Shown: positions 49,253 through 61,054, counted from the stretch's first letter. The stretch is DNA of 64,000 nt from Alphaproteobacteria bacterium (GCA_965660545.1 CBFIAF010000002.1:14335-78334), one strand, 5' to 3'. The notes: generated by a model from the sequence alone, not told the origin. Made by a program: numbers and translations.

Positions 49253-50890
49253 TCAGGCTGTCGGCAGCTTGTAATCCTTGAAGCGCTGGCGAAGTTGCAG
49301 CTTTGATAGCTTGCCGGTTGCTGTATGCGGCAGGTCTTTGGCAAAGGCGACATCGTCCGGCATCCACCATTTAGCGATTTTGCCCTCTAAGTATCCCAGC
49401 ACGTCTTCTTTCGTAAGGCTTTGGCTATTTGCAGTCGGAACAACCACTAACAATGGTCGCTCGTCCCATTTGGGGTGATGGACGCCGATGGCGGCGGCTT
49501 CAGCGATTTGGGGGTGGCCGACAGCGACGTTTTCCAGATCGATAGAGCTGATCCATTCGCCGCCAGATTTAATGACGTCTTTCAGCCTGTCCGTGATCCA
49601 GATGTAGCCATCCTGATCGATTGCGCATACATCGCCGGTGCTAAACCAGCCATTTTCGGCATGGGCTGGCGCTTTCTCTGACAGATTGAAGTAGTCCGCA
49701 ATGATCCAGGGGCCGCGGACCCTTAGCTCGCCGGTGGTCTCGCCGTCATTTGGCAGCGTGTTGCCATCTTCATCGACGATTTTCATGTCCACGCCATAGA
49801 GAACACGACCAGCACTCTGCTGCAGGTCAACCTTCTGCGTTTTGGAAAGGGTTTCGTGCTTGGCTTTTGGCGTGTTTACTGTGCCAAGCGGCGACATTTC
49901 AGTCATGCCCCAAGCATGCAGAACCTGGACATTATATTCGTCCTGGAAGGTCTCCATCATGGCTCGCGGGCAGGCAGAGCCGCCGATGACCACCCGTTCC
50001 AGATCATCCAGCTTACCGTTTGCCTCTTTCATGTACGCCAGTAGCATCATCCAGATCGTCGGCACGGCGGCAGTGAATGATACTTTTTCCTGGGTCAGCA
50101 GCTCGTAGATGCTTTTGCCGTCCAGGTCCCGGCCCGGCAGGACTAACTTGCAGCCCACAGCTGCCGTTGCGTAGGGCAGGCCCCAAGCATTTACGTGGAA
50201 CATGGGCACTACAGGCAAAACTGTATCGCGGGCGGCAAGGCCCATGCAGTCAGGCGCGATCTCAGTCAGTGTGTGCAGTACCGTCGAGCGATGGCTATAG
50301 AGCGCGCCTTTCGGGTTGCCGGTCGTCCCGCTGGTATAGCAAAGCGCTGCTGCTGAATTCTCATCGAACGTGGGCCACACGTACTCGCCGTTCTCGCGTT
50401 TCAGTAAGTCTTCGTAACACAAGGCACCGGGGAGTTTGGCATCACTAGGCATGTTGGCTTTGTCTGCAAGCACAATGACTCCGCGAATGTTCGGAAACTT
50501 ATCCTGCATTCCAGCGACTAGATCGACAAAACTGGTGTCAATCACGAGATATTGGTCGTCCGCGTGGTTGATGATGTACTCAAGCTGCTCCGGGAACAGG
50601 CGTGGGTTTATGGTGTGAGTGACTGCGCCAATACCCGCTACGCTGTAATAGGCCTCAACATGGCGGTAGGTGTTCCAAGCGATGGTGCCTATTCGGTCAC
50701 CATCTTTGACGCCTAGTCGGATAAGCGCCTGCCCAAATTTCCGCGCCCTAAGTTCAGCATTGCGCCAATCGTAACGATGGATCGGGCCTTCAAGTGTGCG
50801 AGTAACGATCTCTGTATCGCCATGCCATTTGGCGGCATGGCCGATCAAGGAGGAGATCAGCAGCGGTTGGTCCATCATTTGGGCGAGCAT
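49253..50890 (-). CDS. AMP-dependent synthetase/ligase (long/medium-chain acyl-CoA synthetase)
   Basis: It has the AMP-binding signature [11 protein letters not shown] and the downstream …GEL…GY motifs. Confidence 0.85.
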   Translation of the reverse strand: MLAQMMDQPLLISSLIGHAAKWHGDTEIVTRTLEGPIHRYDWRNAELRARKFGQALIRLGVKDGDRIGTIAWNTYRHVEAYYSVAGIGAVTHTINPRLFPEQLEYIINHADDQYLVIDTSFVDLVAGMQDKFPNIRGVIVLADKANMPSDAKLPGALCYEDLLKRENGEYVWPTFDENSAAALCYTSGTTGNPKGALYSHRSTVLHTLTEIAPDCMGLAARDTVLPVVPMFHVNAWGLPYATAAVGCKLVLPGRDLDGKSIYELLTQEKVSFTAAVPTIWMMLLAYMKEANGKLDDLERVVIGGSACPRAMMETFQDEYNVQVLHAWGMTEMSPLGTVNTPKAKHETLSKTQKVDLQQSAGRVLYGVDMKIVDEDGNTLPNDGETTGELRVRGPWIIADYFNLSEKAPAHAENGWFSTGDVCAIDQDGYIWITDRLKDVIKSGGEWISSIDLENVAVGHPQIAEAAAIGVHHPKWDERPLLVVVPTANSQSLTKEDVLGYLEGKIAKWWMPDDVAFAKDLPHTATGKLSKLQLRQRFKDYKLPTA

Positions 50891-50981
50891 CGCAGTCTAT
50901 TCCCTAGTATGGTTTTGGTGCAGTGTTAAGCATATTCATGCCGGGCGTATAGCAGCTCGGCAAGGGGTTTGATCGTCAAAA

Positions 50982-52184
50982 ATGCAACAGGCTGCTCCTT
51001 TGGGCGAAATCCGCCAGCATTGGCGCGTCATCGCTGTCAGTTTTGCCATGGCTTTCTTCGCCTGGGGGTCAATCTTCTACGCCCACGGTGTTTTTAAGGC
51101 AGCACTTGAGGCAAAACATGGCTGGTCGGGGTTGATGCTGTCTTCGGCTCAGGCGTGGTTCTGGGCGGTTGGGGCATTGACGGCCTTTGGCGTTGGCGCT
51201 GCCGCAGACCGTTTCGGTCCACGCGCCGTCGCCTGCTATGGAGCTTATGCGACCGCGATTGGTCTCACGGCAGTGGGCTTAGTCATGACGCCTTGGCAGC
51301 TGTTCCTTGCTTATGCAGTTTTGGCGACAGCATATCCGACAATCGGAAATCTAGGCATCAGCGCAGCCCTGGCACCGCTTTTCCAGCAACGCTATGCGGC
51401 AGCACTCGGGTATGCGTTGACGGGCGCTAGCTTCGGTGGGGCGATTGTTACGCCGGTGTATATTTGGCTGACAGCAAAACTCGGCTTTGATTGGGCATCC
51501 GCAGTTATCGCCGCTGCAACTCTGTTATGCCTAACGCCCTTACTCCGGTGGGCTCCAGCCCGACGAGCCACAGGCTCAGCGTCGGATGATGCGCGTGGCC
51601 TTGCGCGGTTTCGCTCAGCGCGACGTTCCCCGGTGTTCTGGGCGATATGGGTGACCGGTTTTTTATCGTTCACTGGCCAGGTAGGCTTTCTCTTTCATGA
51701 GATTTCGATCTTCACGCCGCGCATAGGGCTGGTCATGGCTGGATATGCTGTCAGCGTCACCGTAATTTCAGCAGCGATTGGCCGGTTTGTCGTTGGTTGG
51801 GCGGCTAACTATGTGCCGCTGGGACTTTTGGCGGCGACGATGTATCTGGTTCAGGTCGCTGGGTTCGTTACAGCGAATATCGCAGGTACCATCTTTTTAA
51901 ATTTTGCGGCGGCTGCAATTGTCGGCTTCGTCGTTGGTCCGCTAGTGATGCTTCCCGCAATGTTAGCCCGCGCTGCCTTTGGTGCAGACGGGTTCGGCAA
52001 AACCTTCGGCGTTATCAATATAGGGATGTTCGCAGGTATGACAGTTGGCCCGTGTCTAGCCGGGGTTGTGGCGTATCAATCCGGGTATGCAACAGCGATC
52101 TGGATGTTCGCTGGGTGCCTTGCCGCCGCAGCCCTTGTCATCGCGTTGGGGTTTAGACCTTCGCGGATTTCGGATGCGCTTTGA
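50982..52184 (+). CDS. MFS transporter
   Basis: A 400-aa product with 12 TM segments. Confidence 0.75.
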   Translation: MQQAAPLGEIRQHWRVIAVSFAMAFFAWGSIFYAHGVFKAALEAKHGWSGLMLSSAQAWFWAVGALTAFGVGAAADRFGPRAVACYGAYATAIGLTAVGLVMTPWQLFLAYAVLATAYPTIGNLGISAALAPLFQQRYAAALGYALTGASFGGAIVTPVYIWLTAKLGFDWASAVIAAATLLCLTPLLRWAPARRATGSASDDARGLARFRSARRSPVFWAIWVTGFLSFTGQVGFLFHEISIFTPRIGLVMAGYAVSVTVISAAIGRFVVGWAANYVPLGLLAATMYLVQVAGFVTANIAGTIFLNFAAAAIVGFVVGPLVMLPAMLARAAFGADGFGKTFGVINIGMFAGMTVGPCLAGVVAYQSGYATAIWMFAGCLAAAALVIALGFRPSRISDAL

Positions 52185-53409
52185 CGAAATCTGAAACGCG
52201 CGGCTGAATTTCTTCGCGCCAACGGCGACCATTGAAAACGCCATAATGACCAACACCGGGCTGCACCCAATCGGTCTTCATATCGTCGGTCAGGCCAGAA
52301 CAGATGTCATGGGCAGCTTGGGTTTGGCCGATTCCAGAGATATCGTCATTTTCGCCTTCGACTGTCATCAACGCTGTATTTTTGATCAACTCAGGCTTCA
52401 CCAGCTGGCCGCGCCAATGGAATTTACCATCTGCTAGGTGGTGATCCTGGAAAACGCGCTGGATGGTATCAAGGTAGAATTCAGCGGTCATATCCATGAC
52501 AGATAGATACTCATCATAAAAGTGCTTGTGCTGATCAACACTGTCGCCGTCGCCGGTGACGAGGTTGTCATAAAGCTTCACATGGGCATCGATGTGACGG
52601 TCCATATTCATGGTCATGAAGCCGGTAAGCTGCAAGAAGCCTGGATAGACACGGCGCATCGCACCTGGGTAAATCAAAGGTACGTTGTAAATAACATTTT
52701 CTTCGAACCAGCTGAGCTCGCGGGATGTCGCAAGATTATTGGGAACTGTAGGGCTCTTCCGCGCGTCAACTGGACTGCCCATCAATGTGAGCGTTGCAGG
52801 CTGTGCAGGATCATTCGCCTCTGCCAACAGCGCGGTCGCGGCGATAGCTGCAGGGCCGGGCTGGCACACTGCCATTACGTGCAAGTCCGGGCCAAGGGTA
52901 CGAATAAATGTCATCAAATATTCAACGTAACAATCAAGGTCAAAGCGTCCCGCAGTTAGCGGTACTTCGCGAGCATCCGTCCAATCCGTGATGTATACAT
53001 CGTGATTGCTGAGCATCGCGCGGACTGTGCCACGGAGTAATGATGCATAATGACCAGACATCGGTGCAACGATCAGCACTTTTGGTGCCTTCTTTTGCCT
53101 CTTGGGCAATGCCTTCTGGTTCCGGACAAAGTGAAGAAGATTGCCAAATGGCATCTGCAACGCGCTGACCTCAGTGACTGGAACGGGCGCAGAGCTGCCC
53201 ACAACTGTCACTTCATCAATGCCGAATTCAGGCTTGCCATAGTGTTTTGTGACGCTTTCAAATACTTCGCAGGCAGCAGCCAATGCACGATTTGTAGGCA
53301 TCATGGCGAATGGATTGGTTGTCGCTTGCAGAATCTGCCGGGTGGCATTCGCCGCGCCACGATAGGGGCGAAGGGCGGCGCGGGTCATCTCATAAGCGTG
53401 ATACAACAA
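52153..53409 (-). CDS. phaZ: Intracellular polyhydroxyalkanoate (PHB) depolymerase
   Basis: The N-terminus MLYHAYEMTRAALRPYR… is characteristic of the PhaZ (TIGR01849-type) family. Length 418 aa. Confidence 0.8.
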   Translation of the reverse strand: MLYHAYEMTRAALRPYRGAANATRQILQATTNPFAMMPTNRALAAACEVFESVTKHYGKPEFGIDEVTVVGSSAPVPVTEVSALQMPFGNLLHFVRNQKALPKRQKKAPKVLIVAPMSGHYASLLRGTVRAMLSNHDVYITDWTDAREVPLTAGRFDLDCYVEYLMTFIRTLGPDLHVMAVCQPGPAAIAATALLAEANDPAQPATLTLMGSPVDARKSPTVPNNLATSRELSWFEENVIYNVPLIYPGAMRRVYPGFLQLTGFMTMNMDRHIDAHVKLYDNLVTGDGDSVDQHKHFYDEYLSVMDMTAEFYLDTIQRVFQDHHLADGKFHWRGQLVKPELIKNTALMTVEGENDDISGIGQTQAAHDICSGLTDDMKTDWVQPGVGHYGVFNGRRWREEIQPRVSDFVKAHPKSAKV

Positions 53410-53566
53410 CGATCAAACTCCATTCTCGGAAATACCTGAGTATAGGTAAAATTTGTGCAACGCACAAGTTCATGCTGCAATTGCGCAGAGTGACCACTGA
53501 AGACCTAGCATTGGGTCACACATTAACCAATAAACGTTAAATATGAGCCTTCTTCCGGTCTGTGAG

Positions 53567-55093
53567 TTAGTCGAGGAAGAACGCGCCCCAGCCCATAGCT
53601 GCAACGATCAGCCAGAATTGCCATTGCTTAAAAATGGGTCTGTTCTGACTTGGGCTATGCAGAGGGGCGTTAGTCCGGTCGTCTAGCAATGCTTCCATGC
53701 GTACTAATACGCGAGGCAGACGAAGTACTGCGTCGTTCACATCAGCCAGCACGCCTGCGACGCGGGCTTCAGGGCCGCGATGGTCGCGCATCCACTCCTC
53801 GATAAGAGGTTGGGACAGTGTCCACATATTTACGTTCGGATCGAGGCGGCGTCCCATACCCTCCGCCATCAGCAGCGTTTTTTGAAGCAGGAGTAGTTGC
53901 GGCTGCGTCTCCATTTCAAAGGCTTCGGTGATCTGAAAAAGCTGCTGCAGCAACCGACCTAGTGAAATTTCATGTAATGGTCGGCCTAGAATCGGTTCCG
54001 CAATAGACCGGACTGCTTGCGCGAAGGCCGCGCGGGATTGATGGGCTGGCACATACCCAGCTCGGAAATGCACATCCGCGACCAATTCATAGTCCCGTGT
54101 AAGCATGCCAAGCAGCATGTCCGCCAGATATTCCCGGGTGTTGCGATCAAGCCGACCCATAATGCCGAAATCAATCACCACTAACCCGCCACCGTCCGTG
54201 ACGAAGACATTGCCGGGATGCATGTCAGCATGAAAAAAGCCGTGCTCAAAAACTTGACGGAAGAATGCGCCTGCTGCAATACGCATGATGGCGTGACGAT
54301 CATGGCCCTTGCCGTCAAGCGCGGCGGTATCGTCAACGCGGGCACCGGCAACCCTTTCCAGCGTCAAAACCCGGCGCCCAGTTCGTACCCAATCGATTTC
54401 AGGCGTGTCGAAGTCGTGCGCATCGCGGAAATTATCACCAAGTTCACTTGCGGCCGCTGCTTCCAGGCGCAAGTCCATCTCGGCGCGGACGGTTTCAGCA
54501 AATGCTTCAACTACCTCAATTGGCTTGAGACGCCGGCCCTTACGGGAGAGCCGCCAGGCCCAGTGTGCCAACCAGCGCAACATAGCGATATCACGCTCAA
54601 ATTCGTGCTCGACGCCGGGGCGTAGCACTTTGACGGCGACAGCGCGCCCGTCCGTCGTTTCCGCTAGATGTACCTGGGCGATTGAAGCTGCTGCGACGGC
54701 TACGGGATCAATTTCAGCAAACAGCTCAGCGACGGGCTTGCCAAGCTCGGCCTCGATCGTATCGAAAGCAATGTGGCTAGGGAAGGGCGGCAGGCGGTCT
54801 TGAAGTAGTGCCAAGTCGTCTGCCACCTGAGCGCCGAAAAGGTCTGACCGTGTTGAGAGCGTTTGGCCGAGCTTAATAAAACTGGGCCCGAGTACCGTGA
54901 GGGCCGTTGCAAGCCGTTCGCCTGGCCTGCCGTCTGCCTCCCGTCGGCGCAGCAGCCAGTTTGCCGTGCGTGCAGCGCCGCGCGCAAAGGCTGGTGCTGG
55001 TGGGTCATACAATGGGAATAGCGCATCATGCCGTGCCAGCACAAAGCCGATACGCATTAAGCGCGTGGTATGGCGGATCGCAGATATCATCAA
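53567..55093 (-). CDS. ubiB: Ubiquinone biosynthesis protein kinase UbiB (ABC1/ADCK family)
   Basis: …LGPSFIKLGQTLSTRSDLF…AASIAQVH… plus kinase-like motifs and C-terminal TM segments. Confidence 0.9.
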   Translation of the reverse strand: MMISAIRHTTRLMRIGFVLARHDALFPLYDPPAPAFARGAARTANWLLRRREADGRPGERLATALTVLGPSFIKLGQTLSTRSDLFGAQVADDLALLQDRLPPFPSHIAFDTIEAELGKPVAELFAEIDPVAVAAASIAQVHLAETTDGRAVAVKVLRPGVEHEFERDIAMLRWLAHWAWRLSRKGRRLKPIEVVEAFAETVRAEMDLRLEAAAASELGDNFRDAHDFDTPEIDWVRTGRRVLTLERVAGARVDDTAALDGKGHDRHAIMRIAAGAFFRQVFEHGFFHADMHPGNVFVTDGGGLVVIDFGIMGRLDRNTREYLADMLLGMLTRDYELVADVHFRAGYVPAHQSRAAFAQAVRSIAEPILGRPLHEISLGRLLQQLFQITEAFEMETQPQLLLLQKTLLMAEGMGRRLDPNVNMWTLSQPLIEEWMRDHRGPEARVAGVLADVNDAVLRLPRVLVRMEALLDDRTNAPLHSPSQNRPIFKQWQFWLIVAAMGWGAFFLD

Positions 55094-55222
55094 TCACGAC
55101 AATCTGATGGAACGGGACGGCAAGGACTTCTAGCCTCTATTGAATGGTCGTGCTACGCCCCTAAATCAAGATGGCTACGCTGCTCTCCGCCTTAAACAGG
55201 GCCTTAAGATGGGATTTTCCGC

Positions 55223-56593
55223 ATGAGCCAGTATGACTATGATCTTTTTGTAATCGGCGCTGGCTCTGGTGGCGTCCGGGCTGCACGCATGGCATCAGCT
55301 GAAGGTATTCGGGTTGGAATTGGTGAAGGGCGGCGGATTGGCGGCACGTGCGTGCTGCGCGGATGTGTACCAAAGAAGCTGCTCGTTTACGCAAGCCACT
55401 TCCATCACGATTTCGAAGATGCGACGGGCTATGGCTGGCGCTCCCGCGTCCCGTCACACGATTGGGCGGCCTTGATCGCTAAAAAGAACGAGGAAACGGA
55501 CAGGCTGAACGGCATTTATATCAATCTGCTCAAGAACGCCAATGTCTCCATGCACGAAGGCTATTGCTCGTTCATTGATGCCAACACGCTGAAGGTTGGT
55601 GAGAAAACGATCACGGCTAAGCGCATTCTGATTGCATCAGGCGCTGCGCCCTTTGTGCCGCATATTCCTGGTGCAGAGCATGGCATCACCTCTGATGAAG
55701 CGCTTGACCTCATGAGCATGCCGGATCGCATTGTTATCGTGGGCGGCGGCTATATTGCTGTTGAGTTCGCAGGCATTTTCGCTGGTCTCGGCGCGAATGT
55801 GACGCTGATGGTGCGCTCCCGCGTGCTGCGTGAATTCGAGGGCGAAGTGGCGGATGAACTGACTGTGGCGATGAAAGCCGAAGGCATCAATGTTGTCGTT
55901 GGCGAAAGCCCGACAGCTGTGAAGTCAGTTGATGGTGGTTATATGCTAACAACGAATGCGGGGAATGAATTCCTAACGGACCTTGTCATGTTCGCGACGG
56001 GCCGCGATCCAAATTCCAAAGGCATGGGCCTTGAAAAAATTGGTGTTGAGCTTGGAAAAAAGGGCATGATTGTTGTCGATGAATTCTCTAAGACGACCGT
56101 CGATAATGTTTATGCGATTGGCGACGTGACGGACCGCATGGCGCTAACGCCGGTCGCAATCCACGAAGCGATGTGCCTGGTCGATACGCTCTATAAAAAC
56201 AATCCACGCTCACCGGACTATGAATTTGTACCCACGGCCATTTTCAGCCAGCCGCCAATTGGAACCATTGGCCTGGATGAGGTAACAGCGCGGGAACAGT
56301 TCGGCGATATTGATGTTTACGCCTCGCGCTTCCGTCCCATGAAGCATACGCTAACAGGCCGGCAGTGCTTCAGCTTCATGAAGCTGCTGGTCGATCCAAA
56401 AACCGATAAAGTCCTCGGCTGTCATATGCTCGGCGATGATGCGCCAGAGATCGCACAAGGTCTCGGTATTGCTCTTAAATGTGGTGCTACCAAAGCTGAT
56501 TTTGATGCGACCATCGGTATTCATCCGACGGCAGCGGAAGAATTCGTTACCATGCGCCAGAAGCGTGAGCCCGTGAAGCAAGCCGCAGAATGA
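55223..56593 (+). CDS. gor: Glutathione-disulfide reductase
   Basis: MSQYDYDLFVIGAGSGGVRAAR…GGTCVLRGCVPKK is the redox-active disulfide. It has the pyridine-nucleotide-disulfide oxidoreductase class I layout with a C-terminal HPT motif. Confidence 0.8.
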   Translation: MSQYDYDLFVIGAGSGGVRAARMASAEGIRVGIGEGRRIGGTCVLRGCVPKKLLVYASHFHHDFEDATGYGWRSRVPSHDWAALIAKKNEETDRLNGIYINLLKNANVSMHEGYCSFIDANTLKVGEKTITAKRILIASGAAPFVPHIPGAEHGITSDEALDLMSMPDRIVIVGGGYIAVEFAGIFAGLGANVTLMVRSRVLREFEGEVADELTVAMKAEGINVVVGESPTAVKSVDGGYMLTTNAGNEFLTDLVMFATGRDPNSKGMGLEKIGVELGKKGMIVVDEFSKTTVDNVYAIGDVTDRMALTPVAIHEAMCLVDTLYKNNPRSPDYEFVPTAIFSQPPIGTIGLDEVTAREQFGDIDVYASRFRPMKHTLTGRQCFSFMKLLVDPKTDKVLGCHMLGDDAPEIAQGLGIALKCGATKADFDATIGIHPTAAEEFVTMRQKREPVKQAAE

Positions 56594-56695
56594 CTTTTGC
56601 GGCTTTAAGGCCAGCGTAAAAGGGCGTATACCGTCTTTCTTTCTGCTTGTGTATAACCTACCGCGTGTAAGCGTTCGGTGGGCAATGAGGATATT

Positions 56696-58069
56696 ATGGG
56701 TGACACCTGGACGCCGCAAAGCTGGCGCGCAAAGCCGATTCGCCAAGTCCCGCACTATGCGGACGAAGGCGCGCTGAATTCTGCTCTTGGCACAATCAAG
56801 GGCTATCCGCCTTTGGTTTTTGCAGGGGAGGCTCGGCGGCTGAAGGAAAGGCTCGCACAGGTCGCGCAAGGTAAGGCGTTCCTATTGCAGGGCGGTGACT
56901 GCGCAGAAAGCTTCGCGGAGTTCCATGCGGACAATATCCGCGATACCTTTCGTGTGCTGTTGCAAATGGCGGTGGTGCTGACCTACGGCAGCGGCTTGCC
57001 TGTCGTGAAGGTTGGCCGTATTGCAGGGCAGTTCGCCAAGCCGCGGTCTTCGGACCTGGAAACGGTTGGCGATGTCGCTTTGCCATCGTATCGCGGTGAT
57101 ATTATCAACGGCGCGGATTTTACTGCTGATGACAGGAATCCTGATCCGGCACGGATGGTGACGGCCTACACCCAGGCTTCCGCCACGCTGAACCTGCTTC
57201 GGGCATTCGCGCAGGGCGGCTATGCCGATCTGCATCAGGTGCATCGGTGGAACTTGGATTTTGTCAATGAAAGCCCCCAGGGCGACAAATACAAAGCGCT
57301 CGCGGATAGCTTGTCGGAAACGCTGAAATTCATGGCGGCTTGTGGGCTTACCTCTGAGACGACCCCGCAGATCCGTGAGACAGAATTCTTCACGTCTCAC
57401 GAAGCGCTGCTTTTGCCTTTTGAAGAAGCTATGACCCGTGTCGATAGCACCTCTGGCGATTGGTATGATGTGTCTGCGCATCTGCTCTGGATCGGCGATC
57501 GGACTCGTGATCTGGATGAGGCCCATGTAGAGTTCCTGCGTGGTGTCGAAAATCCGCTTGGCCTCAAATGCGGCCCAAGCACAGATCCCAATACGCTGCT
57601 CAAGCTGATTGATATGCTGAACCCAGAAAATGATCCGGGCCGGCTTACTTTGATCTGTCGCATGGGTGCAGAGCATGCTGGAAAGCATTTGCCATCGATT
57701 GTTCGGGCGGTTGAAGCTGCGGGCAAGTCCGTTGTTTGGTCTTGCGACCCGATGCATGGAAACACGGTCAAGGCGGCGTCTGGGTACAAAACTCGTCCGT
57801 TCGACTTGATCCGCCGCGAAGTTCAGATCTTCTTTGAAGTCGCACGGGCGGAAGGAGCGCATCCGGGTGGCATCCACCTCGAGATGACGGGCAAGGATGT
57901 CACCGAATGCACCGGCGGTGCGCAGGCGATTTCGGACGATAATCTTGGCGACCGGTATCACACCCATTGCGACCCGCGGCTGAATGCTTCCCAAGCGCTT
58001 GAATTGGCCTTTATGGTGGCGGAAGAACTGAAGGCGGAGCGCGACTCTCAAAGTAGCGCCGTTGCGTAG
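56696..58069 (+). CDS. 3-deoxy-7-phosphoheptulonate (DAHP) synthase, class II
   Basis: …[17 protein letters not shown]…[11 protein letters not shown] is the class-II DAHPS signature. The ATG at 56696 is preceded by GAGGA. Confidence 0.9.
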   Translation: MGDTWTPQSWRAKPIRQVPHYADEGALNSALGTIKGYPPLVFAGEARRLKERLAQVAQGKAFLLQGGDCAESFAEFHADNIRDTFRVLLQMAVVLTYGSGLPVVKVGRIAGQFAKPRSSDLETVGDVALPSYRGDIINGADFTADDRNPDPARMVTAYTQASATLNLLRAFAQGGYADLHQVHRWNLDFVNESPQGDKYKALADSLSETLKFMAACGLTSETTPQIRETEFFTSHEALLLPFEEAMTRVDSTSGDWYDVSAHLLWIGDRTRDLDEAHVEFLRGVENPLGLKCGPSTDPNTLLKLIDMLNPENDPGRLTLICRMGAEHAGKHLPSIVRAVEAAGKSVVWSCDPMHGNTVKAASGYKTRPFDLIRREVQIFFEVARAEGAHPGGIHLEMTGKDVTECTGGAQAISDDNLGDRYHTHCDPRLNASQALELAFMVAEELKAERDSQSSAVA

Positions 58070-58109
58070 CTCTGCCTGCGCCCCACGGGGCCATTTGCCT
58101 GGATTGCTG

Positions 58110-59270
58110 ATGTCGAACCATCCTATACGGCCTAACGTGGAAGAAATTTCACGTTTCACAGACGCTTACTTTCGTAAGACCAAGGAAACCGTGGGGCGCT
58201 TCGGCGATGTTACGGCGACTTATGCCGTCTTCATGCGTCGCCCAGTGTTGTTCACAGGCCAGATGACGGTTGATTGGCTGCACAGCGTAGCGAAAGCGCG
58301 AGGTGTGGAATTTGAGATCGAAGCACCTCACGCCGAGGGTGAGTTCGTTGGCGCTGGTGAACCGATGCTCTATCTCACCGGTTCGCTCTACCATTTGGCA
58401 GATACTGAGACGCTGTATCTCCAGAAGCTAGGTGCCGCCAGCGTGGCTGCTTACAATGCTTACATGATGGCGATGGCCTTGCCGAAAACGGCGTTCCTGG
58501 CGATGGACGCGCGCCATTGCGCTGGTGCCGATATGGCGGAATTGATGGCCTATGCCGCCAGCGTCGGATCAAAGGCGGCGCAAGCAAAGGGGGCTGTCGG
58601 CTTTATTGGCAACGCAACGGATGCGACAGCACATTTCTTTGGCCAGGAGCAGGGCCTTGGCACAATGCCGCACGCGCTGATTGGTTATGCCGGATCGACA
58701 TTGCGTGCGTCCGAAATGCTGCATGAGACCTTCCCGGATGAGAATCTGACAGTACTGGTGGATTACTATGGGTCTGAGGTTACGGACTCGCTTGCGGTTG
58801 CCAATCGCTTCCCGGACCTAGCTGCTGCTGGGCGTCTCGCGTTCCGCCTCGATACCCATGGTGGGCGTTATCTCGAGGGTATGGACCTACAGGCCTCATA
58901 CGCAATCCTGGACAAATATGCGCCAAACGCGATCCGCAATTACCGAACCGAAAATGAGCTCCGGCACTTGGTCGGAACGGGTGTTTCGGCCGCTGCAGTT
59001 TGGCGGTTGCGTGAGGCATTGGATGGGGCGGGGTTCGATAAAGTGAAGGTTGTTGCCAGTTCTGGTTTTAATGTCGAGAAATGCAAGACCATGGCGATTG
59101 CGGATGCCCCGCTAGACCTTGTAGGCACAGGTTCATACCTGCCAGACCGGTGGAGTGAGACCTACGCAACCGCAGATATTATTCAGTATGACGGTAAGCC
59201 AAGTGTGAAGGTTGGCCGTGAATTCCTGCTCTCCAAGCGCCGCGCCATGCTTAAAGGCGGCGGCTCCTGA
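58110..59270 (+). CDS. Nicotinate phosphoribosyltransferase-like (type II PRTase, short archaeal-type form)
   Basis: The N-terminus …FTDAYFRKTKETV…VFMRRPVLFTG resembles the short NAPRTase family. Its genomic pairing with nadE supports a NAD-salvage role. Confidence 0.55.
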   Translation: MSNHPIRPNVEEISRFTDAYFRKTKETVGRFGDVTATYAVFMRRPVLFTGQMTVDWLHSVAKARGVEFEIEAPHAEGEFVGAGEPMLYLTGSLYHLADTETLYLQKLGAASVAAYNAYMMAMALPKTAFLAMDARHCAGADMAELMAYAASVGSKAAQAKGAVGFIGNATDATAHFFGQEQGLGTMPHALIGYAGSTLRASEMLHETFPDENLTVLVDYYGSEVTDSLAVANRFPDLAAAGRLAFRLDTHGGRYLEGMDLQASYAILDKYAPNAIRNYRTENELRHLVGTGVSAAAVWRLREALDGAGFDKVKVVASSGFNVEKCKTMAIADAPLDLVGTGSYLPDRWSETYATADIIQYDGKPSVKVGREFLLSKRRAMLKGGGS

Positions 59271-59290
59271 ATGAAAGGACGGCCAGTCTC

Positions 59291-60946
59291 ATGACGGACC
59301 GTTTGCGCATCGGCATCGCCCAATTGAACGCAGTTGTTGGCGATATCGCAGGCAATATTTTGAAGCTGAAAGCAGCGCGGGATGAGCTCGCGGGGGCAGA
59401 TCTTATTGTCTATCCAGAGCTTTTCCTCTCAGGCTATCCGCCAGAAGATCTGGTGATGAAGCCAGTCTTCGTCAAAGAATGCCGGCGCGCGATTGAGACT
59501 TTAGCTGCAGAAACTGCTGAAGGTTCGGCGCTGCTTGTCGGCACGCCCTGGGCTGAAGACGGGAAGCTCTACAATGCAGTGGCGTTGCTGGCAGACGGTG
59601 CCGTTAGCGCCATTCGTTACAAGGCTGACCTGCCGAACTATGAAGTGTTCGATGAAAAACGTGTGTTTGATTCTGGCCCATTGCCAGGGCCAGTAAACTT
59701 TAAAGACGTTCGCATCGGCGTGCCGATCTGTGAAGATATCTGGTCGCCGGATGTGGTCGAGTGCTTGGAAGAAAGCGGTGCTGAATTGCTGCTGGTGCCG
59801 AACGGGTCGCCTTTCCAAGTTGGAAAGCCAGAAGTGCGCCTCAATCTTGTTGTCGAACGGGTTGTGGAAAGCGGGTTACCGCTGGTCTACGTGAACCAGG
59901 TAGGCGGCCAGGATGAGCTGGCGTTTGACGGTGCATCATTCGTAATCGACGGCGATCGTCGCTTGCGAGCCCAACTGCCGGGCTGGCGTGAAGCCTGCGT
60001 TATGACGGAGTGGACGCGCGGGGCAGATGGTCGCTGGACATGTGCTGAAGGTCCAATCGAGGATGTGCCTGAGGGGCTTCCGGCGATGTATCACGCGGCA
60101 ATGCTGTGTCTCCGCGATTACGTCAACAAGAATGGCTTTCCGGGCGTTGTGCTCGGCCTTTCAGGCGGGATTGATTCGGCTATCTCGGCGGCGATAGCAG
60201 TTGATGCGCTGGGTGCAGACCGGGTGCGTTGTGTGATGATGCCGTCGCCCTATACATCCCCGGAAAGCTTGGAAGATGCCGAAGGTGTGGCCAAAATGCT
60301 TGGCGTCTCCTATGAAAGCATCAATATTGGCCCGGCGATGAACGCCTTTACTGCGATGCTTGGTCCGGCTTTCGAAGGCACAGAAGCTGGCATTACGGAA
60401 GAAAATATCCAGTCCCGATCTCGCGGATTGGCATTGATGGCACTGTCCAATAAGTTTGGACACATTGTGCTTTCGACTGGCAATAAGTCTGAAATGGCTG
60501 TCGGTTACGCTACGATCTATGGTGATATGTGCGGCGGTTACAATGCCATAAAGGATATGTACAAGACCGTCGTTTTCGATCTTTGCCGTTGGCGGAATGT
60601 TCATTCGCCAACCGGAGCTTTGGGGCCTGCGGGTCCGGTTATGCCAAAGCGCGTAATTGCCAAACCGCCATCTGCCGAACTCCGGCCTGATCAAAAAGAT
60701 GAAGATTCTTTGCCGCCCTATGATGTTTTGGATGGCATTTTGAATCAGTTGATTGAGCAAGAGCAATCGGTGGAAGAGATTGTCAGTGCTGGGTACGAGG
60801 AAGAGACAGTGAGGCGCATTTGGCGTTTGCTCGATATTTCTGAGTATAAGCGGAGGCAAGCGCCGCCAGGTGCTAAAATTACTGCCAAGAATTTTGGCCG
60901 CGATCGTCGTTATCCAATTACCAGTGGTTTTCGGCGGATGATATAA
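59291..60946 (+). CDS. nadE: Glutamine-dependent NAD+ synthetase
   Basis: It has an N-terminal nitrilase/CN-hydrolase domain (IAQLN…YPELFLSGY) and a C-terminal PP-loop GLSGGIDSA. Confidence 0.9.
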   Translation: MTDRLRIGIAQLNAVVGDIAGNILKLKAARDELAGADLIVYPELFLSGYPPEDLVMKPVFVKECRRAIETLAAETAEGSALLVGTPWAEDGKLYNAVALLADGAVSAIRYKADLPNYEVFDEKRVFDSGPLPGPVNFKDVRIGVPICEDIWSPDVVECLEESGAELLLVPNGSPFQVGKPEVRLNLVVERVVESGLPLVYVNQVGGQDELAFDGASFVIDGDRRLRAQLPGWREACVMTEWTRGADGRWTCAEGPIEDVPEGLPAMYHAAMLCLRDYVNKNGFPGVVLGLSGGIDSAISAAIAVDALGADRVRCVMMPSPYTSPESLEDAEGVAKMLGVSYESINIGPAMNAFTAMLGPAFEGTEAGITEENIQSRSRGLALMALSNKFGHIVLSTGNKSEMAVGYATIYGDMCGGYNAIKDMYKTVVFDLCRWRNVHSPTGALGPAGPVMPKRVIAKPPSAELRPDQKDEDSLPPYDVLDGILNQLIEQEQSVEEIVSAGYEEETVRRIWRLLDISEYKRRQAPPGAKITAKNFGRDRRYPITSGFRRMI

Positions 60947-61054
60947 CGAATTCGAATTAGCTGAGAGGGGCTAGCTACGAATAATTTGCAGATGAACCAA
61001 AATGATAGTGATCAGCCATCAAGCAAAGTTTTTTAAATCGAATGCGGTGATATC

